A stretch of DNA of 64,000 nt from Christensenellaceae bacterium (lineage in GTDB: Bacteria; Bacillota; Clostridia; Christensenellales; CAG-138): assembly GCA_022510765.1 (NCBI GenBank), contig JAFLSU010000009.1:4594-68593 (forward strand), in the 5' to 3' direction. Shown in pieces: positions 30,155 through 40,926 of this stretch. Position numbers and translations under genes: made by a program. The notes beneath the pieces were generated by a model that searched no databases, was not told the origin of the DNA, and saw only the letters and a list, made by a program, of their open reading frames with translations. The stretch's first letter is position 1. Every line of letters starts with the position of its first letter.

Positions 30155-30183
30155 AAAAGCACTTGCTTTCGCAAATGCTTTTT
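30155..30183 (-). terminator. tRNA terminator (bidirectional)
   Basis: AAAAAGCACTTGC-TTTC-GCAAATGCTTTTT. Confidence 0.75.
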
Positions 30184-30185
30184 GC

Positions 30186-30262
30186 TGGTGGGGATGAAGG
30201 GACTCGAACCCCCGACCTCTTCGATGTGAGCGAAGCGCGCTAACCAGCTGAGCCACATCCCC
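30186..30262 (-). tRNA. tRNA-Val(CAC)
   Basis: GGGGATGTGGCTCAGCTGG...CTTCG-CT-CAC-AT-CGAAG...GGTTCGAGTCC...CCA, 77 nt; promoter TTGCAA-N17-TATAAT at 30272-30300. Confidence 0.97.
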
Positions 30263-30428
30263 ATAGCATGAATTATAACACTGCTGAATACCGTTTGCAA
30301 GTAAAAAATTTATTTATTTTTAGTGATACATGTTTCGGTTTTCAATGTCCGATTTATATTGGTTAGGACATAAACAAGCGGCCGGTGAAACACCGACCGC
30401 CGTTTGCTGAATCAACCTATTGTTTGAC

Positions 30429-30629
30429 TTATTTGATGCCGTAGCGCTTCTTGAACTTATCTACGCGTCCACCGCTGTCGACCAGCTTCTGACGGCCGGT
30501 GTAAAACGGATGGCACTTGGAGCAAATTTCAACCTTGAGTTCGCCCTTTACGGAGCCGCTCTTGAAGGTCTCACCGCATGCGCAGCGGACGATGCTCTCA
30601 CCGTAAGAAGGATGGATGTCCTTTTTCAT
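30429..30629 (-). CDS. rpmE: 50S ribosomal protein L31 (zinc-binding type)
   Basis: MKKDIHP...CACG...[10 protein letters not shown]. Confidence 0.98.
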   Translation of the reverse strand: MKKDIHPSYGESIVRCACGETFKSGSVKGELKVEICSKCHPFYTGRQKLVDSGGRVDKFKKRYGIK

Positions 30630-30648
30630 AGCTTTCTCCTGAATATGT

Positions 30649-30748
30649 CGGTCGGGCGACACTGCACCCGCGCACCGAAAACTCTCGGCAATGTAACAGC
30701 ATTGCCGATGTAAAAGTCATTATACTACGAACGGGACATGGAATGCAA
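30649..30748 (-). promoter_or_regulatory. rpmE promoter and two-hairpin leader (candidate L31 leader)
   Basis: TTGCAT-N18-TATAAT; hairpins 30685-30708 and 30649-30677. Confidence 0.55.
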
Positions 30749-30950
30749 GTGTTTTTTTACAATTATTCCGATATATTTTACGGCGTATGAATGCTTATAA
30801 TCTTGCTGTGGTGATTTCAATGCTGTTAACTTTCAAAGTTTTAAGCCGGAGTTTTCCCGGTCAATACAATGTTCATATTTTGTTAACAAATTTCCCCGCC
30901 GAAAGTGCTATAATCAATTTAAATAAGAAGAATTTTCGGAGGAAATACTA

Positions 30951-32146
30951 ATGAAAACCAAGTCCCTTGTGCGTATCACCGCGGCAGCCGCTGCATTGAT
31001 GCTCGTTTTCGCGGCTCTCCCATTCTCGGTGATCGCAGCGGAGGTGTACCCTGTAAATACACCAAATGGCTATAACGAGAACGACTATCAGAAGGTCAGG
31101 GTGTTCCTCGAAATCACCGATCCCGACGGCGTGAAGAACGGTAAAAATTGAGCGATGACTATGACCCCGATGATCCCTTGACATGGGGAGGAATCGAATG
31201 GACGCACAGCAATGGTGGCTATAGGGTTGAGCATATATATTGGAATGACTTTGCTCTTTATGGAGAGCTTAATTTGAGCGACTGCACTCAACTCGTAGGC
31301 CTGTTCTGTGAGGATAACTTTTTGACTGCCATAGATGTCAGCCATAATACTGAGCTTAAATCTCTTGAGTTTGCGTGCAATAGGCTGACAGAGATCGATG
31401 TCAGTAATAATTTAAATCTAAAAACACTAACTTGTTATTACAATCGTCTGACCGCTCTTGATGTCACTGCCAATACGCAGCTTGAGCATTTGAGTTGCAG
31501 CCTCAACGAGCTAACCGGTCTTGACGTTTCCAATAACATTTATCTTGAGCATTTGAGCTTCGATGAAAATCAGATCTCAGAGATCAATCTAAGCAACAAT
31601 CCTGCTCTTGAAGAACTGTTCTGCTACAAGAATCAGCTTACTGGGCTTGATTTGAGCAACAATACTTTGCTAATGAATTTTTCCTGTTGGGGAAATTTGC
31701 TGACCGAGCTTGATCTAAGAAATTGTCCCAACCTTCTTGCCGACAGCATCGTTGCGGAGGGCAATGGCTTCATCGGATGCAGCTTTTATTATGATTACGA
31801 TACTTATCTTGTGTCACCCACACTTGGTGAAAATGGAAGTTTCCTCGGCTGGTATGACACGGATGGAAATCTGCTTTCGACAGATTGGTCTTTTGATATT
31901 TTGGATTGCCCCGTTACCGACTTTGTCGCAAAATTTACTTCAAACGGCGATGCCCCTCAGAACGACGGAGACGTTGACGGCGACGGCGTCGCAACGATTG
32001 CCGATGCTATCTTAGTTGCCCGCAATGTGCTCGGCCTTATGGAGTTAAGTGAAACGCAGATAATTCACGGCGATATCGACGGCAACGGCGAGACTTCGGT
32101 TGCCGATGCGATCCTCATTGCACGCATGGCTCTCGGAGTGATATAG
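30951..32146 (+). pseudogene. secreted LRR protein with C-terminal dockerin, frameshifted in an A5 tract
   Basis: Signal peptide; 21-aa LRRs; duplicated GDVDGDG/GDIDGNG dockerin; frames join if A5 at 31143-47 were A6 (paralogue reads KNGEKLSDDYDPDD). Confidence 0.85.
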
Positions 32147-32375
32147 TGATCGATCAGGACTTCCTTTAAGTCGGTTTCCTATTTATCAGCCTTGAAGAAA
32201 AACTCATTTTAGCTAACTACCGTGCGCTCCCGTGGATAGGATACCTCCACCGAGGTGCGCACGCTTTTTGTTTTGGAGTCGATACCCTGAATATACTTGC
32301 GTTCAATGGAGAAAAAAACTATAATTGCCAATATGAACTGATTAGTTCTGTTTCTGCTACGGAAGGAGTATAGCA

Positions 32376-33458
32376 ATGTCAAAGGTTTATCGTGTACTTG
32401 CAATCAACCCCGGCTCCACCTCCACCAAGGTCGGCGTTTATGAGGGTGAAACCATGGTTTATGAGGGCGTTGTGCGCCACAGTGCGGAGGAGCTTAAAAA
32501 GTGCGGCAGCATCATAGCGCAGGCTCCAATGCGTATGGAGCTAATTAAGCGTTTGCTTTCAGAGGAAAATATCGACCTTGCTTCGATAGATGCCTTTGTC
32601 GGCAGGGGCGGCATCGTCAGACCCATGCGCAGCGGCGTATATACCATCAATGACAAGCTGCTCGATGACCTTAAGAACCTCCCGTCGGCACAGCGTCACG
32701 CGTCCGCTCTCGGAGGCATATTCGCGCGTGAACTCGGGGATGAGTACGGTAAACCTTCATTCATTGCCGACCCCGTCGTTGTAGACGAGCGCGCGGACAT
32801 AGCCAAGGTCACGGGTCTTCCAGGCGTGGAGCGAACCTGCGTTTTCCATTGCCTCAACCAGAAGGCTTCCGCAAGGCAGTATTGCGCCGAGCATGGCAAA
32901 AAGTACGATGAGGTCAGCCTTATCGTTGCGCACATGGGCGGCGGCATAAGCGTCGGCGCACACGAAAACGGCGTTGTCATCGACGTAAACGACGGCATCG
33001 CGGGCGAAGGTCCCTTCAGCCCCGAACGTATCGGCAGCCTCCCTGTGAAGCTCGTACTCGATATGTGCTTCAGCGGTGAATATACCAAGGAACAGCTCTA
33101 CGGCTTCTGCTCCAAGGCGGGCGGATTCGTTGCGCACCTCGGCACAAATTCCGCGCTCGATGTTGAAAACGCAATGCTTGCGGGCGACGAAAAGGCGAAG
33201 ATGGTCTTTGAAGCCCTCGGATACAATGTCGCAAAGACGATAGGCGAGATGGCAGCGGTGCTCAAGGGCAAGGCCGAGGCGATTATCCTCACTGGCGGTC
33301 TTGCGTACAGCAAGCCCCTTTGCAATTACATCGCCGAGATGGTCTCGTTCATGGCTCCCGTCGTGGTCTACCCCGGCGAAAGCGAGCTTGGTGCGCTTGC
33401 CGGAAGTGTCATCAGAGTGCTTTCGGGCGAGGAGAACGCAAAGGAATACCTCGGCTGA
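32376..33458 (+). CDS. buk: butyrate kinase
   Basis: INPGSTSTK, ADPVVVDE, AHMGGGISVGAH, GEGPFSPER. Confidence 0.96.
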   Translation: MSKVYRVLAINPGSTSTKVGVYEGETMVYEGVVRHSAEELKKCGSIIAQAPMRMELIKRLLSEENIDLASIDAFVGRGGIVRPMRSGVYTINDKLLDDLKNLPSAQRHASALGGIFARELGDEYGKPSFIADPVVVDERADIAKVTGLPGVERTCVFHCLNQKASARQYCAEHGKKYDEVSLIVAHMGGGISVGAHENGVVIDVNDGIAGEGPFSPERIGSLPVKLVLDMCFSGEYTKEQLYGFCSKAGGFVAHLGTNSALDVENAMLAGDEKAKMVFEALGYNVAKTIGEMAAVLKGKAEAIILTGGLAYSKPLCNYIAEMVSFMAPVVVYPGESELGALAGSVIRVLSGEENAKEYLG

Positions 33459-33648
33459 GGGAAAACCCAAAATAATAATCATGTGTAGATTTTGCGCCGC
33501 AGGCATTAAGCCCTGCGGCGTGTTTCATGCTGAATACCTGAAAGAGTTTTAATATTTTTAAAAACTTGTGGAATAACTCCATCAAAATCTTGTCCTTATT
33601 GGTGAAGGCCTTCAAACCCACAGATTTTATAGAAAGGAGGCACCCGAA

Positions 33649-34206
33649 ATGGAGGACTCGCAGATAATCGGTCTGTACTTCGCCCGCGATGAAGCAGCGA
33701 TTTCCGAAACCGCAAAGAAATACGGCGCATTCTGTCGTGGTATCGCTGTGAACATCCTGTCCGTTGAGGCGGACGCGGAGGAATGCGTAAATGATGCGTA
33801 CCTTCAGGCATGGAATTCGATACCGCCGCAGCGGCCGAACCGGCTTGGCGCGTGGCTCGGCAGGGTCGTTCGGAACAATGCCATCAACCTCTGGAATAAA
33901 AAGCACCGAAAGAAGCGTTACGCGGGAATGGAACAGCTAATTATGGAGCTTTCGGACTGCATTCCGTCTCCCATGACCGTGGAACGCGAAATCGAGGAAA
34001 AGGAGCTGACCGAAGCACTAAACGCTTGGCTTGCATCGCTCCCGCAGGATGACCGGATCCTTTTCATGCGCAGATATTGGAATGGTGAAATGGTGAAGGA
34101 GCTTGCAATGGAGTACGGTGTTTCTCCAAACAAGCTCGCAAAACGGATGTACATGCTGCGTCAAAATTTAAGAACTATGCTCGTGAAGGAGGGCTATTCA
34201 CTATGA
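33649..34206 (+). CDS. ECF-type RNA polymerase sigma factor
   Basis: DAEECVNDAYLQAW region 2; region 4 HTH; overlaps next gene by 4 bp. Confidence 0.92.
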   Translation: MEDSQIIGLYFARDEAAISETAKKYGAFCRGIAVNILSVEADAEECVNDAYLQAWNSIPPQRPNRLGAWLGRVVRNNAINLWNKKHRKKRYAGMEQLIMELSDCIPSPMTVEREIEEKELTEALNAWLASLPQDDRILFMRRYWNGEMVKELAMEYGVSPNKLAKRMYMLRQNLRTMLVKEGYSL

Positions 34207-35693
34207 GGGAAAAGGAAAAAATGAAGCTGTTTAACAGCGTCACCAACGTTGACGAAAGGTTCATCGAAGAAGCGCAGGAAGCATATGAGATGCGGCAAAA
34301 TGCGCAGAGCAACGCAAAGAGGACAACCCCCGCATGGCTAAAATGGGGACTGGCGGCAGCGGCGAGCCTCTGCCTTATCGCGGCGGGAATATTTGCGTTA
34401 AAGAGTGCATCAAAGTCGCCGGTTGACGCGCAGAATCCCGAGCCGTCACCTGCCGGTTCTAAGGTCACTATTTCATCAAAGGGTGTGACGATACCATCAT
34501 TATATGAATATTTATCGTTTGACGAAAACGATGGATCCGAGTGGATGTACGAAATAATGCCATTTTTCTGCTATCAGGGACGTTATTATGTGCCGCACGA
34601 TACCCTTAACAACATGCAAATAGTAGGCGAAAGATTGGGAACGGCGAGCGGTAATCTCAGCGTCGGACATATTTTTTTTGATATATGTCTTGCCGATTTT
34701 GAAGGTACCGTAGAAGGCGATGTTTATACGGTCAAAGGCTACGATCCCGAATTCATGCTCTGCTTTAAAGATGCCGATGGCGGTAAGTTTCATGTATATA
34801 TCTGCAACAACGGCATCACCATGAAGAATGGCTCCGAGCTGTTTGAGGACAGGCTGCATCTCGCAGGAAACTATTGCGAAGTTCAATATCAGACCGGACT
34901 ATCCGTTTGGGCGATGAGAGATGAGCGTTACCGTCTTAACGATAAGAACGACAGCGTAATCAAAAGCTTTATTAATACCCTGAACGCAAGTGAGTTCATG
35001 CTCTCCGAAAGCATTCCTATGGAGGATGATCAACTAGGCTATGACGAAAAAACGCTATATATCTTGCGTTTTCAAATGGAAAACGGTCTTGAGTTCCGCA
35101 TTCGCCTTGTTGACGGCGGATATGTGTGCTTCGATGGAATGTACTTGGCAGATGTCTGCATACGGATGCCGGAAAAACAGTTTAATGAGCTTCTTAATTG
35201 TATCAATGATCCGACCGCTTGGACAAAGCTCGAACAGACCGAACATGTCACAACGCTTGAGGATTGCGCGAATGCAGATACCCTTGGTTTATACATTCCA
35301 AGCTATGTCCCTGACGGTTTGGTGTTTGCATACGCTAATATATGGTACGAACCGGAACCGGACACGTTAGCCGATACGGATAAAGTGCTGTCTGTTTTTC
35401 TGAAGTATAGTAGTCCAACGTATTCTCAACACTGGTACCGGGTCCAAATAGTCAACGCGGATGACTATGAAGATTTTTGGGCAATCCCCATAATGGATGC
35501 TTCCGAATTAAGCGTTGAAGCTGTTAAAGAGTATGCGGAAGAGTTCAGTTCGTTTCCAATTGAGGAAACGAGATGCATGAATGTATGCGTCAGGTATGAT
35601 GATGTTTTAGTGTGGTTATCGAGTCAAAGGCTGAGTTTTGAGGATGTGTACCTAATACTCGCATCCATCACGGAGGTCAGATCGGAAATGTGA
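34203..35693 (+). CDS. membrane-anchored protein, probable anti-sigma factor or ECF partner
   Basis: N-terminal VDERFIEEA motif, TM helix AAAASLCLI, large extracellular part. Confidence 0.75.
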   Translation: MREKEKMKLFNSVTNVDERFIEEAQEAYEMRQNAQSNAKRTTPAWLKWGLAAAASLCLIAAGIFALKSASKSPVDAQNPEPSPAGSKVTISSKGVTIPSLYEYLSFDENDGSEWMYEIMPFFCYQGRYYVPHDTLNNMQIVGERLGTASGNLSVGHIFFDICLADFEGTVEGDVYTVKGYDPEFMLCFKDADGGKFHVYICNNGITMKNGSELFEDRLHLAGNYCEVQYQTGLSVWAMRDERYRLNDKNDSVIKSFINTLNASEFMLSESIPMEDDQLGYDEKTLYILRFQMENGLEFRIRLVDGGYVCFDGMYLADVCIRMPEKQFNELLNCINDPTAWTKLEQTEHVTTLEDCANADTLGLYIPSYVPDGLVFAYANIWYEPEPDTLADTDKVLSVFLKYSSPTYSQHWYRVQIVNADDYEDFWAIPIMDASELSVEAVKEYAEEFSSFPIEETRCMNVCVRYDDVLVWLSSQRLSFEDVYLILASITEVRSEM

Positions 35694-35715
35694 TAATGTA
35701 ATTGTTGAAATTACG

Positions 35716-35748
35716 AAAACGGTATGGCTTGCGGCTATACCGTTTTTT
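35716..35748. terminator. bidirectional terminator
   Basis: AAAACGGTATGGC...GCTATACCGTTTTTT. Confidence 0.75.
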
Positions 35749-35799
35749 CTTCGCTATAAAATATTTTCCTGTTTGACTGTGATTATCCCGTAAGCATGC

Positions 35800-36789
35800 T
35801 TACTTCGTAAGCTCTCCGATAAGGTTCGTCTGCATCAGCTTCCTTACCTCCTCAAGCTCCTTGGTATGCCCAAGTACCCACATGAGCTTGGTTATGGCAG
35901 CTTCGGTCGTCATATCGCCTGCCGAAATTATGCCGATGTCCTTGAGCGGACGGCTGACCTCGTAAATATCGGGCGTGCTCTGCTCATACAGGCATTGGGA
36001 GGTAAGCACGACCGGGATGCCTCTTTCCATGAGCCGCTGAATGGACTCAAGATGGTTCCTGCGGATGCTGTGCATTCCTCCGAGACCGAACGCTTCAACG
36101 ACAACGCCCTTGATGTCGCAGTCGATGAGACAGTCGAGCAGCTTGGGACTCATGCCGGGGATGAGCTTTATGAGGGCGACCCTTGAATCAAGCTCCACGG
36201 AGAAGCTGAATTCATTGCGGTGCGGCGGGTTGTAAAGCGCAAGCATACGCCCATCGTTGACAGTGCCGATATAAGGATAATTTATGGATTCAAAAGCATT
36301 CAGAGAGGTCGTGCGCGTCTTGACAGCGCGGCAGCCGAGCATGAGCGAGTTGCCGAAGCAGATATATACGCCGCCCGTCAAAGAGGTTGCGGCGATTATC
36401 GCATTTTCGAGGTTGCGCCTGCCGTCCGAGTCGGGGTATACCGCAGGATATTGCGCTCCCGTAAGCACAACAGGTATCTTGATGCCCGCAAGCATGAAGC
36501 TCAACATACTTGCCGTATACGCCATCGTATCCGTGCCATGGGTAAGCACGATCCCGTCGCAGTCCGCATTGTCTCTGATCGCCTCGGCGATGGTTATCCA
36601 CTCCTCGGGCTGAATATTGGATGAATCCATGCTGAAAAGGTCGATACATTCTATATTTGAATGATTGCCGCCTATTAAATCTATGAGTTGGCGGGCGTTA
36701 AGCTCGGGTTTAAGCCCATTTTCGGTGGGTACGCACGCGATCGTGCCGCCGGTTGAGATAAGCCTAATAGTCTTCACGCGGATCACCAT
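35800..36789 (-). CDS. ansA: type I L-asparaginase
   Basis: STGGTIA, HGTDTMAYTA, VLTGAQ, DMTTEAAITKL. Confidence 0.92.
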   Translation of the reverse strand: MVIRVKTIRLISTGGTIACVPTENGLKPELNARQLIDLIGGNHSNIECIDLFSMDSSNIQPEEWITIAEAIRDNADCDGIVLTHGTDTMAYTASMLSFMLAGIKIPVVLTGAQYPAVYPDSDGRRNLENAIIAATSLTGGVYICFGNSLMLGCRAVKTRTTSLNAFESINYPYIGTVNDGRMLALYNPPHRNEFSFSVELDSRVALIKLIPGMSPKLLDCLIDCDIKGVVVEAFGLGGMHSIRRNHLESIQRLMERGIPVVLTSQCLYEQSTPDIYEVSRPLKDIGIISAGDMTTEAAITKLMWVLGHTKELEEVRKLMQTNLIGELTK

Positions 36790-37120
36790 ACCCCCGCCGA
36801 AGCAAGGGCTTCCTTTCTTCCCCCCAAATGATACCGCTTTTTGGCGTAATATTCAAGTGGGGGCGGGCTTTGAATTCATATAAATATGTTCTGTTAGGTA
36901 AGACGGCATAGTTGACCCCTCCGGCACCCCTCGCAAACCAATTGACAATCAGTTTGTCGAAAAATGAACGCTTCTGACATAATAAGTACACCGCCTTGCG
37001 ATGCAATTGTAAAATAATATGTTTGCGGTAAACTATATCCTATGGTATCATTATAAGGATAAACATGACCATGCGCACTGCGCCCAATTTGGCGTCGTGC
37101 GCTGCATACAGGAGGAGACA

Positions 37121-39103
37121 TTGAAGAACAAAAAGGGCAATTTCCTTACCGTAGTATTGTACCTTGTGATCCTCGGCGCGCTCGTTTTATTCGTGACGAC
37201 GGGGAACGATGCGTTCAATAAGAATCCAGACAAGCTTGAATACACCGCTTTTTTTAAGCTTGTTCAGGATGGCTTCGGTGAGAATTACGGCGATGAAAAC
37301 ACTAAGATCGCCGCCGTCCAGATCACCGAGGAGACGCTCTACGGTCTTTACAATGATGAGACACTTACAGAAGATGAGATGAACAGCTTTCTAAAGGGCA
37401 AGACCTATGACTTTTATGTTACGGTTCGCTCATCCACCACCTTTCAGGATGAAATGGCAAGGCTGATCTCAAGCCATTACGGAGATGAGGTCGCAGCCGA
37501 TGATGTATCCGTACTAAGATACGGTTTTGAATGCCAGCTCAATCCCCCGAGAACGACGCCTTGGTATTTGTACGTTTTACCCTATGCGCTCGTCATAGGA
37601 TCGCTTATCTTCATATTCGTAATGTTCAACCGCACACAGGGCGGCAAGCAGGCCATGAGCTTCGGCAAAAGCAGAGCAAGAACCGCTGATGAGCTTGGCA
37701 ACACAGTCACCTTTGACGATGTAGCGGGTGCGGATGAAGAAAAGCAGGAACTGCGTGAAATAGTCGATTTTCTGCGTGCACCCAAGGCTTTCGTCGACAT
37801 GGGCGCAAGGATACCCAAGGGCGTACTGCTCGTTGGCCCTCCGGGCACGGGTAAGACCCTGCTTGCTAAGGCCGTCGCGGGCGAAGCGAAGGTTCCGTTC
37901 TTCTCAATCAGCAGCTCCGAATTCGTTGAGCTTTATGTTGGTGTCGGCGCAAGCCGTGTTCGTGATCTGTTCACCACCGCAAAGCGCTGCGCTCCGGCAA
38001 TCATCTTCATCGACGAGATCGACGCGGTCGGTCGTCAAAGGGGTACGGGTCTCGGCGGAGGACACGATGAACGTGAACAGACGCTGAACCAGCTCCTTGT
38101 CGAGATGGATGGCTTTACAAACAGCCAGGGAATAATCGTCATCGCTGCCACCAACAGAGCCGACGTGCTCGACCCCGCGCTTCTTCGTCCTGGCAGGTTC
38201 GACAGGCGCGTCACCGTCAACTATCCCGATGTAAAGGGCAGGGAGGAAGTCCTCAAGGTTCATGCAAGGTCAAAGCATTTTGAAAGCAATGTAAATTTTG
38301 AAAAGATCGCGAAACTTACACCCGGCTGCACGGGAGCGGATCTTGAAAACATCCTTAACGAAGCGGCGATACTCGCCGTCCGCGATAAGCGCAACGCGAT
38401 AAGTGAGTCGGATATCGATGAAGCCATTAAGCGCGTGCTTTACGGCCCCGAAAAGAAGAGCAGGGTCGTAACCAAGGATGACCTGCGCATCACAGCGTAC
38501 CACGAGGTGGGTCATGCCGTGGTCGCCCATTGTCTGCCCAACGCCGACCCCGTTCACGAGCTGTCGATAATCCCGAGGGGCAAGGCCGCAGGCTACACCC
38601 GCATGCTGCCTTCCGATACCTACGAACACATGACTAAGAATAAGCTGCTCGATTCAATTGCCGTCCTGCTCGGCGGCCGCGCAGCCGAAAGGATCATGCT
38701 GGACGATGTAAGCACCGGCGCGCAGAATGACCTCATGAACGCGACGAATGTTGCCCGCAGCATCATCACCGAATACGGCATGAGCGATGCGATAGGCCCC
38801 GTATACCTTGCGGGTGGTCAGGAGGTCTTCATTGGAAAGAGCTTTGCCCAGCAGCCCAATTATTCCGAGGATGTTGCCGCAAAGATAGATGCCGAAATTC
38901 GCGCCATAATGGAAACGCAGGGCGAACGTGCCGAAGCCGTGCTCAGGGAGAATCTCACGGCCGTGGAGCGCGTTGCAGCCGTCCTTCTCGAGCGCGAGCA
39001 GATAACCGGTGAGGAATTCGTCAGGGTGTTCAATGGCGATGCGGAAGCTTCCGTAGCAAAGCTGTCCAACGAATTTGCAATGCCCACTGCTTCCGAGAAG
39101 TAA
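37121..39103 (+). CDS. ftsH: ATP-dependent zinc metalloprotease FtsH
   Basis: GGAGG RBS + TTG; two TMs; GPPGTGKT; DEIDA; HEVGH. Confidence 0.97.
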   Translation: MKNKKGNFLTVVLYLVILGALVLFVTTGNDAFNKNPDKLEYTAFFKLVQDGFGENYGDENTKIAAVQITEETLYGLYNDETLTEDEMNSFLKGKTYDFYVTVRSSTTFQDEMARLISSHYGDEVAADDVSVLRYGFECQLNPPRTTPWYLYVLPYALVIGSLIFIFVMFNRTQGGKQAMSFGKSRARTADELGNTVTFDDVAGADEEKQELREIVDFLRAPKAFVDMGARIPKGVLLVGPPGTGKTLLAKAVAGEAKVPFFSISSSEFVELYVGVGASRVRDLFTTAKRCAPAIIFIDEIDAVGRQRGTGLGGGHDEREQTLNQLLVEMDGFTNSQGIIVIAATNRADVLDPALLRPGRFDRRVTVNYPDVKGREEVLKVHARSKHFESNVNFEKIAKLTPGCTGADLENILNEAAILAVRDKRNAISESDIDEAIKRVLYGPEKKSRVVTKDDLRITAYHEVGHAVVAHCLPNADPVHELSIIPRGKAAGYTRMLPSDTYEHMTKNKLLDSIAVLLGGRAAERIMLDDVSTGAQNDLMNATNVARSIITEYGMSDAIGPVYLAGGQEVFIGKSFAQQPNYSEDVAAKIDAEIRAIMETQGERAEAVLRENLTAVERVAAVLLEREQITGEEFVRVFNGDAEASVAKLSNEFAMPTASEK

Positions 39104-39207
39104 GCAGGTCTGTTAATGAATCATATTAAGGCGGGGGAGTTGAAACTCAGCAAGCCGTGCTTTAACCTCCATCTCCTTAAAAAACTCTTCAAAAAATCTC
39201 CTTAAAG

Positions 39208-39250
39208 AAAAGCTCGCTCGGGCGCTCTGCCCGGGCGAGTTTGCTTTCTT
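39208..39250. terminator. bidirectional terminator
   Basis: AGCTCGCTCGGGC...GCCCGGGCGAGTT. Confidence 0.75.
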
Positions 39251-39301
39251 ATTTTCTATCTGACCGCATGCTTCTCTTGCAAATCAGCGGCTGCGCTTGA
39301 A

Positions 39302-39949
39302 CTATTTTTCGGTGCTGGAAGAACCGTTTTCATTTATGAGCGAATTGTTAAGATAGACCTCAAATCCCACGGCTTCGCCAAACACGGAATTATCAAGCGA
39401 AATGATACCGTAGAAGGTTGCCATATCCGTAGTTCCGACTTTATACAAATCGGAGGTAATATAAATTTTAACCGTGCCATCGTCAAGGTCAACCGCCTTA
39501 AGTACGCTCTTGGTCGAACCGCTCGAATAAGGCAGCGCGACCATGATCACGGTATGAGTGCTAAAGAACTCCTCATTGTAGATGCCGCCCTTCTTCGAAC
39601 TGCTTTCGAGGGTTATGCTCTTTGAGGTGATCTGTTCCTGAAAGTCTTCCAAATTGTCCACAAAAAAGTACGCCGGGCTTTTAATGCTCGCGTCGTAGGT
39701 GGCGTGCGCAAACTCCGCAATGCACAACTTCTCCCCGTTGTCATTGGTTTTACCGACATATCCCGCATTGGGCTCCTGCGTCTTGAAGTCTCCTGATGCA
39801 TCAGTAAATGGATTTTTGGTGCTTAGTGAAGGTTGAATAGTGGGGCTATTGTTGTCATCCGTCGATGGGCTTTTGGGCTGGCAACCGCCTGCGAGAGCCG
39901 TCATCATGACGATTCCAGCAAGAACTGCAGCCATTGAGGTCTTTTTCAT
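39302..39949 (-). CDS. hypothetical lipoprotein (PrcB C-terminal-like domain possible)
   Basis: AAAGGAG RBS, lipobox AGGC; YNEEFFSTH...GTTDMAT pattern. Confidence 0.75.
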   Translation of the reverse strand: MKKTSMAAVLAGIVMMTALAGGCQPKSPSTDDNNSPTIQPSLSTKNPFTDASGDFKTQEPNAGYVGKTNDNGEKLCIAEFAHATYDASIKSPAYFFVDNLEDFQEQITSKSITLESSSKKGGIYNEEFFSTHTVIMVALPYSSGSTKSVLKAVDLDDGTVKIYITSDLYKVGTTDMATFYGIISLDNSVFGEAVGFEVYLNNSLINENGSSSTEK

Positions 39950-40147
39950 AGTGTTTCTCCTTTCAGGACTAAATGTCTCGCACCGAACGGGATTAACCCA
40001 ACGGTGTTTCCATGAATTATAACGCATGAACATGCGTTTTGGTTGACGACGCGCACTACTTTTTTGCAAGCCAATAAATATATATCGTAGAAAATTGAAC
40101 ACGGATGCCTTATAGCATATATTTAGAAATTTAAATACGAAATAACT

Positions 40148-40849
40148 TCATTTCAACATATCGGCAATCTCCTCCTCGCTTAGGAATCGCCATTGCCCAG
40201 GTTTAAGCCCGCCAAGGGTCAGCCTGCCGATGCTGACGCGCCTTAGTCGCAGCGTTTCGTGTCCAAGCGCGGCAAGCATCCTTCGAACCTGCCTGTTCTT
40301 GCCCTCGTGGATGGTGAGCAGTAGCTCCGTAGTTCCGTCCGCGCGTTCGGAGATGATGCGCAGCTTCGCCGGGGAAGTAATGCCGTCTTCAAGCTCCACG
40401 CCATGCATGAGCGCGTACCCATCCTCCCGGGTTATCGCGCCAGTGCAAAGTACCTTGTAGGTCTTGCTTGTGCCGTAGCGCGGATGCATCAGGCGGTTGG
40501 CCACTTCGCCGTCATTCGTAACCAGAATAAGCCCTTCGGAATCGTAATCCAGCCTGCCGACGGTGTACAGCCTGTACGGAAGGTCTTTAAAATAGTCCGA
40601 TACCTTTACCCTATCCTCATCCTCCGCGTTGGAGCAGATGACGTTTTTCGGCTTGTAGAAAGCTATGACGACCCTTTCGGGATCAACCCGCACCTCTTTG
40701 CCATAAAAAAGAACGACGTCACCCGGCTCCACAGACATGCCTATGGACGCCACAACGCCGTTCACCTTGACCCTGCCCGATGAGATAAGCTCCTCGCATT
40801 TTCTGCGCGAAGCAATGCCCGCGTCGGCAAGGTATTTTTGAAGCCTCAT
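40148..40849 (-). CDS. rluB: RsuA/RluB-family pseudouridine synthase
   Basis: MRLQKYLA S4 domain, VGRLDYDSEGL, EGKNRQVRRM. Confidence 0.9.
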   Translation of the reverse strand: MRLQKYLADAGIASRRKCEELISSGRVKVNGVVASIGMSVEPGDVVLFYGKEVRVDPERVVIAFYKPKNVICSNAEDEDRVKVSDYFKDLPYRLYTVGRLDYDSEGLILVTNDGEVANRLMHPRYGTSKTYKVLCTGAITREDGYALMHGVELEDGITSPAKLRIISERADGTTELLLTIHEGKNRQVRRMLAALGHETLRLRRVSIGRLTLGGLKPGQWRFLSEEEIADMLK

Positions 40850-40926
40850 ACGTTTCCCCCATATCGCGCCAAACGAGGGAACATACATAGGCTGAGTTTC
40901 ATGCGAGGGATATTGCCCTCGCTTTT

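Noticed and set aside
36954-36960. Spo0A box TGTCGAA upstream of ftsH
   Set aside because: A single 7-mer; expected by chance
39955-40030. Riboswitch upstream of the 39302-39949 lipoprotein
   Set aside because: One small CACCG/CGGTG hairpin only; no c-di-GMP-II or preQ1 consensus
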